Source: Candidatus Marinacidobacterales bacterium (GTDB taxonomy: Bacteria > Acidobacteriota > Vicinamibacteria > Marinacidobacterales > DATDRI01). From it: 64,000 nt of DNA. How positions within the stretch are numbered: the first letter of the stretch is position 1; each line of letters starts with the position of its first letter. The position numbers and the translations under genes were made by a program. Below are positions 1 through 10,571 of the stretch, one piece after another. The stretch lies in assembly GCA_965219415.1 (NCBI GenBank), contig CBDCNP010000002.1, positions 5,600,001 through 5,664,000 on the forward strand, given 5' to 3'. The notes under the pieces are model-generated. The model was not told the origin of the DNA and did not search any database. It was given only the letters and a program-made list of their open reading frames with translations.

Positions 1-1
1 C

Positions 2-127
2 CGCCTTCCCGCTCGCGCGACCGGTCTCGTTGTGGAGTGGGCCTCTCAACATCAGGATGAGCTCATGAGAGCTTGGAAGCGAGCCCGAAGTTTCGAGGCT
101 CCCGGTCGGATCGATCCACTCCCTTAG
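2..127 (+). CDS. 3' end of DUF4160-family protein (partial, runs off window start)
   Basis: Frame 2 reads RLPARATGLVVEWASQHQDELMRAWKRARSFEAPGRIDPLP*, matching the DUF4160 C-terminal pattern LP....LV.EWA..HQ.EL...W..........I.PL. Confidence 0.7.
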   Translation, partial: RLPARATGLVVEWASQHQDELMRAWKRARSFEAPGRIDPLP

Positions 128-175
128 GCGCCCGCTACATTTTCGCTGCCGGCCGCACAATCGTTTGAGTGAGCG

Positions 176-303
176 CGTCGTGTCAAAAAACACGAACGAA
201 CTCTAAGATCCTCGCGCCGGGCCGTCGCCGAGTTCATCTCTCATTATCAAGAAGAGCACGACCATCAAGGGCTTGCAACGCATTTGTATTTTTGGACACG
301 ACG
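176..303. mobile_element. 128-bp MITE, internally deleted rve-type IS (end type C)
   Basis: Inverted termini CGTCGTGTC(A/C)AAAAA; the interior encodes AEFISHYQEEHDHQGL, resembling the integrase C-terminal HY..ERNHQGL motif. Confidence 0.7.
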
Positions 304-309
304 GGCTAG

Positions 310-434
310 CGGATCGAGATGTCCATCGATGGCGACGGAACCCTGGACATTCTGGCAACAAACACCGGCACCCCCGCCACCGCCTACTCCCATACCCGCC
401 TGACGGCCGGGGCGACGCGGTACTACCGAGTCCG
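310..434 (+). pseudogene. Fibronectin type III repeat fragment
   Basis: Reads ILATNTGTPATAYSHTRLTAGATRYYRV, an Fn3 repeat signature; cut on both sides by IS-derived DNA. Confidence 0.55.
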
Positions 435-627
435 CCGTGGCCGTTTCACCGAACGGTGGAGGACGGCGAGCTGCTGCCGAAGAGCGACATTCTCAAGAGC
501 CAGCTCGCGACGAGCCTTGAAGGCAGAGATGAGAGCGCGAACAAACGACAAAATCACGCAAGCATGTTGCCGGCAGACCGGAGACTAATCAAGTTCAGTG
601 CCCGCGCATGAATAAATAGAAGGCACA
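435..627 (-). mobile_element. Left-end stub of rve-type IS (end type E)
   Basis: Closely matches 11368-11558; terminus TGTGCCTTCTATTTATT; carries the transposase start RRELALENVALRQQL. Confidence 0.85.
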
Positions 628-756
628 GGTTAGATTTAACTGATCGAACCTAAGCAGGTCAGGTTAGCGCTAGCTGTAACCCCTGTCCTACCAGATTGTT
701 GGCCGCCGACCACGCATTAAATTGAACTGAGCCGTTCAATTTGGTATTCTAGCTGC

Positions 757-1608
757 ATGGCTGATGAGAAGTCATTCACCGCGAAGGACGCGAAGGAGCT
801 GGCGGGGCTGTCCTACCGGCAGCTCCACGATTGGGAGTCCCGGAACGCAATTCCCAGCGACCGTACACGAGAACGGAAATGGCGAACATTTAGCTCTAAG
901 CAACTTTTCGTACTCATGGTCTGCAGCGAGATTCGACGCCGATATGGCATTCCTGTTGAGAAAATTCGCTACGTCAGCGACTTCATGGCTAGTGAAGAAG
1001 CTGACCACTTCGCGGCCGCGGTCAGGATGATGAGCTTTGGGTTTCACGTATTCCTGTTGACCGACTTCGAGACGACGTTTGTGATGGACTCCGATCTGGA
1101 GTTCAACGATCTGATGCAGCATGGTTACTTTCGCGACGAGGACACAAAGCCGTTCATCTTTCTCCGACTTAACGGAATCGTGAATCGCCTTCTCAGTTTA
1201 CTGAAAGAGCCGATCGAAATAAGACCAGACGACGCTATCTACGACACTATATCCGTGCACAAAGCGCTCGACGTCCACACTCAAGCAGAACTGGATCTAT
1301 TGCAAGCCGTGCGAAGTGGACACTTCGATCAGGTCACGGTCAAGCTAAACCACGGAATGATCAGCGTTATCGATAAGGAGGGCGAAGTCGCCACGGAGGA
1401 TCTGAACAATGCGGACGACACCATAAGCGTGAAGCGAGAAAATGAGTTCGAGACGCTCATGGTGAACTCGCGAGACGGTCAGATCGTACGCGCTCGGAGG
1501 AGGCTTCCGAAGAAGTACACAAAAGCAGACAACGAACACATGGTGTTTGATGGTCTTGGCAAGAAACGTGGAGCCAGAAAGAAACGTCGCAAGTGGCGAG
1601 CTGGGTGA
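757..1608 (+). CDS. MerR-type HTH domain regulator
   Basis: N-terminal FTAKDAKELAGLSYRQLHDWESR...WRTFS is a MerR-like HTH; 283-aa intact ORF. Confidence 0.7.
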   Translation: MADEKSFTAKDAKELAGLSYRQLHDWESRNAIPSDRTRERKWRTFSSKQLFVLMVCSEIRRRYGIPVEKIRYVSDFMASEEADHFAAAVRMMSFGFHVFLLTDFETTFVMDSDLEFNDLMQHGYFRDEDTKPFIFLRLNGIVNRLLSLLKEPIEIRPDDAIYDTISVHKALDVHTQAELDLLQAVRSGHFDQVTVKLNHGMISVIDKEGEVATEDLNNADDTISVKRENEFETLMVNSRDGQIVRARRRLPKKYTKADNEHMVFDGLGKKRGARKKRRKWRAG

Positions 1609-1853
1609 CGGTACGCAGCCGAGCCCAATTCGTCCAATCGAAATGACAAACCGTGTTGACAGGATGAGCCTGAGCTACGGGAACTACGGTGCGTTACGTG
1701 CTCACATGAAAGCTCCTGATGCTCAGCTTGAAACGATGTCGCGAGATTCTGGGACGCGACAACGCGCTCTCGGATGAAAATCGCGTGAACTTTAGGAACG
1801 AACTTGACTCCAGCGGCTCCGGTTCAGGCGACCAAGATGGAAATCCCGAATTA

Positions 1854-4512
1854 ATGGCCGTGTTGCGTTCCGGAGAACCGCCGCTCGTTGTGTTCGTCAG
1901 CAGTCGAATCTCTACACAAACACGATGGGCGCGTGACGCGGTGGCCGACACGCTTCAGCAGTCGAACCAGTTCAAACCCTGGTTATTCGAGCACGCACCC
2001 GCCAGCTCCGAGATTCTTGCTGACAGCTATTTGGCCAAGGTGCGTGAGTCAGACTTGGTTATTTGGCTTGTTGAGCAGGAGACGACGGAGCCCGTTCGAG
2101 CCGAAATCACCGCGGCCCTTGAGGCCACTCGGCGAATCTTGATGTTCCGAATCACCCCTCCCCCGAGTGACTCCGCGACCGAGTCACTGATCACGTGTGT
2201 CGGCACCAAGTGGGACTACGTCGCCGACGCCGCAGATCTGAAGGGAAAACTGCAGGCGGCGCTTGGGGACGAAATCGTACGAGCGTGACGTGCCGCAGGT
2301 CGACCGACGAAGCCTCCAATCCTAGATACTCTGAGCGCTCAAAGTCGAAGCCGGTGTATCGACCGATGGTTGGCTGCCGGGATTTCAGACAGGATCGCCG
2401 AGTGCTTTGCCGACGATCCATCGATTGGACTGTTGCAGGTCCCGGTATTCGCATCGAACCGACTCGCCATCCTCCGCGCAGAGATAGGTGCGGGAAAGTC
2501 CCTAGCTGCTGAACGACTGTTCCAAGATGCTCTTAAGCTGGCGCGCATACACGAGAACGAAGAAATCCCGATTTTTCCTCGAAGCAAAGAACATCATTGG
2601 ATCACTTGAGCAGAACCTAAGCGGGTCGGGATATAATAGCGTCCCGGTCGGCAGCGTTCTGGTCGTCATCGACGGTCTAGATGAGGCACCAGTAGAACGG
2701 CGCGTTGAGCTTGCGCGAGCTGCGAGACGGCTAACATTCGAGTACCCATCGGCTCGAGTCTTGGTCACGAGCCGGCCGCTTTCCGATCTGAGTCCTGAGT
2801 TCGATGACTTTTTCATTGATGTCCCGCCGTTAACCCGCGAGCAGACTTTCGCGTTAATAACTCGTGTCGCCGGCCGCGATGTCGATGAATGGACGTTCCG
2901 GGACTTCCCAGAATCATTCATCCAAGCTATCGCACGGCCGCTTTTTGCGATTCTCGTAGGTGTGAGTCAACGCGGGGAAGCGCTCGTACCCGTCCCAAAG
3001 GGTCGCTTACTCTCCCAATTGGTGGAAGCGAGCCTCGGGCGTGCCAATGCAAGACAAGAGAGTGCTGATCCACTTCTGAGAAAACTCGCGCGCCTAGTGA
3101 TGGACCGTGGTGGCGCGCCGGTCCCCATTTCGGACGTCTCGACGTACGCTGAAGCTGCGCCGCTTCTACAATCACGGCTCATTGTGGAACGCAAGGGTTC
3201 GCTCGTGTTTCCCTTGGCGATCCTCGCGGAGTGGTTTGCGGCGCGCGAGCTCGAAACGGGAACACCTAGGGCGGACGAAATGGCTGCCGACGCTGTCCGG
3301 CTTCGAAATTGGATAGTGCCGCTTGAGATATGTGTATCCGAAGCGAGCGAGCCGAATGTATCTCGGCTCATGCGACCGCTTGCATCCCAGCGTCCAGCAT
3401 TCGCGGCGAATATCCTGGCGGAAGCATTTTCCGAGTGGACGCACGATGACACCGATCAACCGTTGCCGCACTGGCGGCAGTTTGGCGAACAGCTTCGCGA
3501 CGCGATGAAGGCATGGGCTGTAGGCATGGGTCCTTTGGCACCTCTGGTCGCTCCGGTCCACCGCGATGGGCGCCTTCGAACGATCGGAGTTCGCCTATCC
3601 GATCCTTCGACCGTTGTCGTCTCTTGGGCGCGCCGCACCGCAGCCGAAGAGGTAGTTGAACTGCCAGACGGCTTTCACGTCGATGAGGAATGGTTGGAAT
3701 TTAACGCAACAATACGGCTTCGCTGTGCACAACGGTTGGGCTTGGCAGTGGGCTCTCGATCATCTGCAAAGCGAAGTGTGCACGTTGTTAAAACGCCGCG
3801 TCCTGCCGCAGATCGAGGCACTTCGCGCGGAATTCGGCTGGCGAGTGGCATTGTCGGTCGCTCGACGTAGTGGCTCATTGGATCCAACACCAATCCCGAA
3901 GAATCTGCTTGAGAAGCGCCTTAGGTCGTACCCGTCTCGTGGAACCTACGTGGATAGTGGAGACTCATTTGAGGTCGATCGGGTTCATGAGGTACTTGCA
4001 CGGTTGATGGAGGAAAACGGTGAACGCCATCTGTGTCCACCTTGGCCAGGCCCCGAGAACCTCATCGGACCGTATGTATGGAGCGGATATTCTCCCGAGG
4101 CCTTGCTGGCACGCACGCACGCCGTCTACACCGCAGCGTTGGGGGCGTACTTTGAGGTGGTCGACGCTGGTTTCCCCGTTTTTGCGGCGACTTACGGCTC
4201 GAATCCAAACGTCCGTTCAAGTTGATTGGCATGGTCAGGACTGCGACAGAACCTAAGGTGTGGCATAGGGGGCCTTGTATTTGTTATTACCGAGAGCCGA
4301 ATCTAAGTGGCCCTGACTTCACAGTAAATCTACAACTGGGGAATGAGAGCGCGTGGAAGACCTTCCTCGATCACGTCAACGACGGACTTGAGAATCGGCA
4401 GATCGACAGCTTCAGGTCTTCTGTGCTGGACGTATTCGACTTAGACGCAGCTGAAAAATTGACATACTCGTGGCTCCTTGATGATCTGCGGCAAGTTCAC
4501 TGGATTCGATAG
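1854..4512 (+). pseudogene. DUF4062-NACHT/STAND NTPase, split into five ORF pieces
   Basis: DUF4062-like VFVSS...YLAKVRESDLVI; Walker A AEIGAGKS (ORF 2370-2609); Walker B LVVIDGLDE, VTSRP and PLFA motifs (ORF 2527-3870); continues in 3656-4225 and 4222-4512. Confidence 0.7.
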
Positions 4513-4521
4513 CCGAGAGGT

Positions 4522-4649
4522 TGTGCCTTCTATTTATTCATCCGCGCGCCCCGAACTTGATTAGTCTTCGGTCTACCGGCACCATGCCTACATGATTTCG
4601 TCATTTGTTCGCGCTCTCATCTCTGTCTTCAAGGCTCGTCGCGAGCTGG
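4522..4649 (+). mobile_element. Left-end stub of rve-type IS (type E), inverted partner of 435-627
   Basis: Terminus TGTGCCTTCTATTTATTCAT followed by MISSFVRALISVFKARREL. Confidence 0.85.
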
Positions 4650-4667
4650 TGCCCGCGGATGATTTAA

Positions 4668-4856
4668 GACGATAGCGGCCTGTTGGTCACGCTGGAGCCA
4701 ACCAGCGACGGCAACCATCAACAGTGTCAAGGGCTGGATCGGCGTCCTCATGACCGAGGATTCTAGCTCCCATCGGCCAACCAAGCGTATACACGACTAT
4801 TCCGAAACGTCCCGGCGTGCCGATCTTGAGTTCGTTTGTATTTTTGGACACGACGG
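4668..4856 (-). mobile_element. Left-end stub of rve-type IS (type C)
   Basis: Terminus CCGTCGTGTCCAAAAA; encodes MRTPIQPLTLLMVAVAGWLQRDQQ; homologous to 19773-19941. Confidence 0.8.
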
Positions 4857-4883
4857 GCAAGGTCAAGTGAGCTGAGCCCGAAT

Positions 4884-6407
4884 TCACGGATCCGCGGGTT
4901 GCTTTTTCAACTTTACCCAATGGCTGAGCGCGTTGGGGAGCTTTTCGTTGGAAGGAGTCATCGCGGTGGCGGAGCCGCTGAGAGCTTGCTCTCTTAGCTC
5001 GAGCGAGAAGATAAGGGAGTAGCGCTGGCGGTTGGCATCGACAGTGCCAATGTCGCCGTTCGCCCATCCCCATAAAACGTTCATTCGAAACATCGGTCGC
5101 CAAAACTTGCTCTCTGGTTGCTCCCCCAGTCGGATGCGCATCCCGTTCGATTCGCTTACCACAAGCCTGAGCGGTATAGGACCCGCGTAAGTATGCACAG
5201 CGCCCGCCCAGGTGCCGACGATTTTCTGCGGCGGCTTGAAGGGGTCGGATCTGATATCCGTGTCGGAGCTCACTCCGATGGTCGCTTTGGATCGTGGAGA
5301 GGGACGTGCGTAGCTAGGTAGCAGATCAAACAAGATCTCCTCGCTCACCCTCATCGGAAGGCTCGTACGGCTCGTCGCGAGCACCGCGACCGCGATCTTC
5401 TGCGAGGGGATAAGAACGAGGGACGTGGTGACGCCGCTCATGCTGCCCCGGTGAGTCACCACCCGATATCCGCGCCGGTCGCTGTGTATTTCCCAGCCGA
5501 TACCGTAGTCGGCTCCCTCGTTGGTGCGAGCGGTCGCCTTTTGCATTTCCTTGATCGAACGATCTGAGAGCACGCGCCCTTGCTCAGCCTTCAATCTCAG
5601 GTGCAGCATCCCGAACCGTATCAGGTCATGGGCACAGGAGAAGGCGGCGGATGCACCTCGGTGATCGAAATCGTAAAAGGGAAGCGACTCTCCCTTGAAA
5701 TCATAGCGCACCGCGAGTTCTTCGCGGTTTTTTGGATCGAGGACGATAGCGGTGTGTTCTAAGTCGAGTGGCTCGAAGAGGTGGTCTTGCATAAAAGTCG
5801 CATAGGTTTTTTGGGATACGGTCTCGATGGCGTGTTCGAGGATTCCATAGCCCAGATTGGAGTACTGATACCGTTTTCCTGGCTCGGTGACGACGTTTCC
5901 GTACCGCCCGATGGTGACCGCCATCGGTGGGCGGGGGTAAGGCTCGTCGTTCGGGAAGAAGTGGTGGTGAAGCGGGAGGCCGGCGGTGTGGTTTGCCACT
6001 CGCCGTACGGTGACGTCTTGGGGCTCACCGACTCGGACCTTCAGCCTGGCTTCACCGAGGTAGTCGTTCATCGGCCGATCCAAATCGATAGCGCCCCGCT
6101 CGACGAGGATCATCAGTGCGGTCGCGGTCATCGGTTTGGTGACCGAGGCAAGGGAGTACATCGTATGCGGTGTGGCGCGAATCCCTCGCTCTCGATCCGC
6201 CCAGCCAAAGGCCTCCTCCCATAGGATCTCGTCCTTGCGTGAAACCACGACGGCGAGGGACGGTGTGACGCCCTGTTTGAGCTCTGTCAGTATCTTTTCT
6301 CTGATATGTCGGAATCGTTCTTCGGAGCTTTTCGCGGGTGTGGAAACGAGGATAGAAGCCACCACCCACACCCACGCGAACCGGCTTCTAGACCCCCGCA
6401 AAATCAT
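4884..6407 (-). CDS. Secreted serine hydrolase, beta-lactamase/class C-like family
   Basis: Signal peptide; SxxK (ASVTK), YxN (YSNLGY) and HRG motifs. Confidence 0.85.
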   Translation of the reverse strand: MILRGSRSRFAWVWVVASILVSTPAKSSEERFRHIREKILTELKQGVTPSLAVVVSRKDEILWEEAFGWADRERGIRATPHTMYSLASVTKPMTATALMILVERGAIDLDRPMNDYLGEARLKVRVGEPQDVTVRRVANHTAGLPLHHHFFPNDEPYPRPPMAVTIGRYGNVVTEPGKRYQYSNLGYGILEHAIETVSQKTYATFMQDHLFEPLDLEHTAIVLDPKNREELAVRYDFKGESLPFYDFDHRGASAAFSCAHDLIRFGMLHLRLKAEQGRVLSDRSIKEMQKATARTNEGADYGIGWEIHSDRRGYRVVTHRGSMSGVTTSLVLIPSQKIAVAVLATSRTSLPMRVSEEILFDLLPSYARPSPRSKATIGVSSDTDIRSDPFKPPQKIVGTWAGAVHTYAGPIPLRLVVSESNGMRIRLGEQPESKFWRPMFRMNVLWGWANGDIGTVDANRQRYSLIFSLELREQALSGSATAMTPSNEKLPNALSHWVKLKKQPADP

Positions 6408-6577
6408 GGATCGCCTTTTCGGGAGGTAGGGGAGCCCGTTCAGTCATGCCCCGACATTTTAGGGCCTTCGCCGCGTTGGCAAAGCAAGTGGCCAGCTCGG
6501 GAGGCTCGTTCAGGGAAAAGCGGTCGGCCGTCGACTTCAGCAGGCTCCCCTTGACCATCCGTCGCATCAAGTCCGAC

Positions 6578-6776
6578 ACATCTACCTGCTGGCGGTTGAC
6601 CCAGCCAACCAGAACGAGCAATAGGAATTGCACGTGGTACGTCATCATGGATCTGAAGATAACACCCTCGGGCCAGACGATTGCAAAGCCTACGGCCCTT
6701 GGCCCTGTCGCAACACAGATACTAAGCTGCTGATTTATAGTCTATTTCAAAAGAGCCGAGTTTTGGCACAGGACGG
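6578..6776 (-). mobile_element. Left-end stub of rve-type IS (type B)
   Basis: Terminus CCGTCCTGTGCCAAAACTCGG; encodes MMTYHVQFLLLVLVGWVNRQQ; inverted homolog of 8031-8230. Confidence 0.85.
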
Positions 6777-6793
6777 GGAATTTGAAATAGGCA

Positions 6794-6844
6794 AACAGGG
6801 AATTGCTCTGGAGGAACAGGGAATTAAAGTCAGCGAACAGGGAA
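6794..6844 (+). repeat. Three AACAGGGAA direct repeats at 21-bp period
   Basis: Copies start at 6794, 6815 and 6836. Confidence 0.8.
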
Positions 6845-6999
6845 ATGCCACGGTCAGCACATGAGGGGTTCCATTCGACCGCACGGATGGTTTTCCGCCC
6901 CGCCGGTCAAAAGAGTCCCATCTCCGACCTCGGAGCAAGAATGCCCGGGTCGTCGTTCCGAACGCTGTTTACTCTGGCGCTAACGGCACGCTTCTCTTA

Positions 7000-7196
7000 A
7001 GGGCCGGCCACCATAGGGTTCACGCACCAAGTCTGTCTGCCCGTCAATATTCGATCTTCTTTTCTGCAGATCACAACCTCCTTGCCGTCAGAAGACGGGT
7101 CTAGGTATTCCTGTTCACGGAGGCACACAACCCGGTCTCTTCCGAGATCGTGCCACTGCACGCAGCCGCTTAACAACACTTGATGGCGGAAGCACC
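7000..7196 (+). mobile_element. Right-end remnant of IS1-family element
   Basis: Ends in CAACACTTGATGGCGGAAGCACC, identical to the TIR at 23434-23456; the left boundary is approximate. Confidence 0.75.
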
Positions 7197-7229
7197 CTGG
7201 CGGTTGACCCCGTTGTGTCCAAGTCCCTC

Positions 7230-8000
7230 TTACGAAGAGCCGCCCTTGGCCGGATTCAAGAACTCCTGCATCAGCTCGATCGGAAGTGGGAATACGAGCG
7301 TTGAGTTCTTTTCGGTTGCGATCTCGGTAAGAGTCTGTAGATAGCGTAGCTGGATCCCCATCGGGTGTTGGCCGACGACCTTCGCCGCAGCCGTCAACTT
7401 ATCCGAGGCTTCGAACTCACCGTCGGCGTGGATGATCTTGGCTCGCTTCTTCCGTTCCGCCTCCGCCTGCTTGGCCAGCGCGCGCGTCATTTCCGCCGGC
7501 AGATCGACGTGCTTGACCTCCACGGAGGTGACTTTGATGCCCCACGGGTCGGTGTGTTTGTCCAGGAGATCCTGGAGCTGCATGTTGAGCCGCTCACGTT
7601 CGGATAGAAGATCATCGAGCTCCACTTGACCGAGGACGCTGCGGAGCGTCGTTTGCGCAAGCTGAGAAGTCGCATGGAGAAAGTTCTCCACCTCGACCAC
7701 CGCCTTGATCGGATGAACGACACGGAAGAAAACCACCGCGTTTACCTTCACCGAAACGTTGTCGCGCGTGATCACATCCTGGGGCGGCACGTCGAGAGCC
7801 ACCAGTCGGAGACTCATCTTCACCATGCGATCGATCGGGCTGAAGACGAAGATGAGTCCCGGCCCCTTAGGATAGGGCAGGAGCTTCCCGAAGCGAAAGA
7901 TGACTCCTCACTCGTACTCGTTGAGAACCTTGATCCAGTTGAGGAAGAAGATTGCGAGAAGAATAAGACCAATAAACCAACCCAACGGTAGCCCAAACAT
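7230..8000 (-). pseudogene. SPFH/stomatin (slipin) family protein with premature stop
   Basis: RBS and ATG at 8000; TM helix, then EYE*G (TGA at 7908-7910 where Arg is expected); [16 protein letters not shown] and [10 protein letters not shown] motifs. Confidence 0.85.
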
Positions 8001-8030
8001 CGCTCACTCCTTTTCTGATTCCGTCGAGTC

Positions 8031-8579
8031 CCGTCCTGTGCCAAAACTCGGCCCTTTTGAAATAGGCCATAAATCAGCAGCTTAGTGTCTGTGTTTGCGC
8101 CGGGGCCAAGGGCCGTAGGCTTTACAATCGTCTGGCCCGAGGGTGTTATCTTCAGCTCCATGATGACGTACCACGTGCAATTCCTACTGCTCGTTCTAGC
8201 TGGCTGGGTCAACCGCCAGCAGCAGGATGTGATCGACTACCAGCGAGAGGAGAACCGTGTGCTCCGCGCCGGGCTTCGGGGCAAGCGTCTCAGGCTCTCG
8301 GACGACGACCGGCGCAGGCTCGCCGTCAAGGCCCAGGCTTTGGGCCGCGAGGCGCTGGCCGAGATTGCGTCCGTTGCCACACCCGCTACGCTTCTGCGTT
8401 GGTACCGCTGCCTCATCGCAGCCAAGTACGATGGCAGCAAGAACCGGAGCCCAGGCCGACCTCCGACGGCGAAGGACATCCGTGAGCTCATTGTACGCAT
8501 GGCGCAGGAGAACCCGACGTGGGGATATGCGCGCCTGCGAGGCGCACTCAAGAACCTAGGACATGAACTCGGACGCAAC
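8031..8579 (+). mobile_element. 5' part of rve-type IS (type B), truncated by IS256-family element
   Basis: Type B terminus followed by the transposase N-terminus AGWVNRQQQDVIDYQREENRVL...MAQENPTWGY. Confidence 0.85.
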
Positions 8580-9951
8580 GAGCTCTTGTCAATAGGTGTG
8601 TAAAAAAGTTCAGGCAGCAGCAACCTTCGACGACTCCGTTACCCTGTCTCCATCTTCAAATCGAACGCCCAGGTGAACCTCTCGCATCAGCTCCGGTGCG
8701 TTGAGCCGGCGAAAATTCTTCTCCGCAACCAGAAGCAGTTTGAAGATTGTCGCAGTGGCGGACTCGACTTTCTTGAACCTTTTGGCCGCATCCGTTCTCA
8801 ATCTCAGTGCAGCGAACGGTGACTCCACGACGTTGCTCGTGCGAAGGTGTTGCCAGTGAGGCTTGGGAAAGGAATAGAAGCTGACCATCCGCTCCCAGTC
8901 CTCGTCGAGCACGTGCGCGGCCCCCGGAAGACCCTTGCGCAAGCACCAATCCTGGAACTTGGCCTTCTTCGTCTCGCACTCCTGCAGGCTGGTGGGGTAG
9001 GGGATCGCCGTCAACAGCGGCTTGGCCTGCGCCTGGTCCCTTTTCGGAATCCGGTCCAGTACGTTGAGGATTCGGTGGTTCCAGCACCGCTGCTCCTCAG
9101 CTTCTGGAAATACGTTTCGGGTCGCGGCACAGATGCCGAGATGACCGTCACCGATCACCAAACGGGGACATCTCAGACCGCGCTTCTTCAGTCTCCGTAG
9201 CAGCGACGACCATGACGCTTCGGATTCTCGATGCCCGGCCTCCAGCGTCAGGACGATTTTCGTCCCGTCGGACAGGCCACCAACCGCAACTAGCACCGCC
9301 GCCTTGTCCTTCTCAAGGCCGGCCTTCACGTACACGCCATCTACCCACAGGGACACGAGCTCGAGTTCGTCCAGTGGGCGAGCTAGCCACTGCTCGTACT
9401 CTCCCTGCCATTTCTGTTTCAGCCGCGACACCGTGCTGGGAGAAAGTGGAGCGTCCTCCCCTAGAAGCCCGCGGAGCGCCAAATCGAAATCTCCGTGAGC
9501 TAGTCCATGCAGGTACAGCTCCGGAATCAACTCGCTCACCGTTTCGCTCCGACGCTTGAACAGCGGAAGCACTCGACTTTCGAACCTCTCCTCCACGTCC
9601 CCTACTCTCGGCCGGCGAACCGTCACCGTGCCCACGCTCATCGTCAGCTTCCGAGGCTTACCGTATCCATTTCGATAGCCCGCCGTTGTGTCCACGGGCT
9701 TCCGTCTCTCCGATTTCTCACGCCCGAGAAGCTCCGTGACTTCGGCTACCATCAGCTCCTGCACCCAATCCTGGATCTCGAGCCTCGCCCACTTCTCCAG
9801 CGACTCCCAAGCCACCCTTGACGAGCTCCGTCGTCTTGTGGTCTTTTCCTTCATGGCGGTGTCTCCTTCCGTTGGCCCCTTCACGCCGTGTTTCGTGACG
9901 CGGAAGGTTACTCCGCCTTTACTTTATTTCCACACCTTCTGAGGGTAGCTC
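8580..9951 (-). mobile_element. IS256-family element, copy 1 (transposase 8610-9854)
   Basis: Imperfect TIRs GAGCTCTTGTCAATAGGTGTG / GAGCTACCCTCAGAAGGTGTG; Mutator-type motifs YRNGY, VDG, GDG, QRCWNH, TSNVVES; no TSD. Confidence 0.93.
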
Positions 9952-9974
9952 CTCCCGGAAACTGTTGCAGCGTC

Positions 9975-10050
9975 CCGTCCTGTGCCAAAACTCGGGCTTT
10001 TTGAAATAGCCTATAAATCAGCAGCTTGGTGTCTGTGTTTGCGACCGGGC
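9975..10050 (+). mobile_element. Left-end stub of rve-type IS (type B)
   Basis: CCGTCCTGTGCCAAAACTCGG...ATAAATCAGCAGCT. Confidence 0.8.
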
Positions 10051-10073
10051 CCTTAGCTCCTGGAAACAAGATT

Positions 10074-10400
10074 TCAACCCTTGACGAGCTTGAGCGCCCT
10101 CTTGGCAAGCACGGTCACGACCCCGGCATAAAGAGAGGTACTGACCTGATCGACGATGGCGTCCAGGGAACCGCCAATCACTTGGATGTGACTCAGTACG
10201 TCCGCACCTGCAGTAGCGCCGACTGCAAGAGTCAATACCAAGTAGGCTGTCGCGTCCTCAGCGTCGATCGCCAAACCGCCATACACCAAGCCCAGAACAA
10301 CCAGTGCGAGGGCCACGATCCCAGCGGGAACTGCCTCAGCGGCCAAGCCCTGCACAATCGCCAATAGCCAGATGAGGCCAACAATGATTCTGATTGCCAT
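10074..10400 (-). CDS. Small multi-pass membrane protein of unknown function
   Basis: ATG at 10400 after a GGAAGG RBS; about four hydrophobic helices. Confidence 0.7.
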   Translation of the reverse strand: MAIRIIVGLIWLLAIVQGLAAEAVPAGIVALALVVLGLVYGGLAIDAEDATAYLVLTLAVGATAGADVLSHIQVIGGSLDAIVDQVSTSLYAGVVTVLAKRALKLVKG

Positions 10401-10571
10401 TTTTATCTTGTCCCTTCCATAAACTCGAGCTGTATGAGATTGGCGAACTTCCTGCAACCGGAATGCTTTGGTCGTCTTCATGTAGGACGTTTTAAGAGCC
10501 GGCGTCGGCTCTACTCAGGGGTAGAGGTGTAAGCTGGTGCGAAGTCCGGCAGCCGTTCCGAGCGGATCGGC

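Noticed and set aside
628-700. GTTAGAT/GTTAGCG motifs as integron attC/attI sites
   Set aside because: Too short and lacking a paired R''/L''/L'/R' structure; no intact integrase; cargo boundaries are explained by IS ends
4884-6407. Antibiotic-resistance beta-lactamase
   Set aside because: The motifs only place it in the broad serine hydrolase family; the extra C-terminal domain suggests a peptidase or esterase
2286-7910. In-frame TGA codons (NACHT gene, SPFH gene) as evidence of stop-codon recoding
   Set aside because: The expected residues differ (Trp versus Arg), each is a single transition, and TGA terminates many intact genes here
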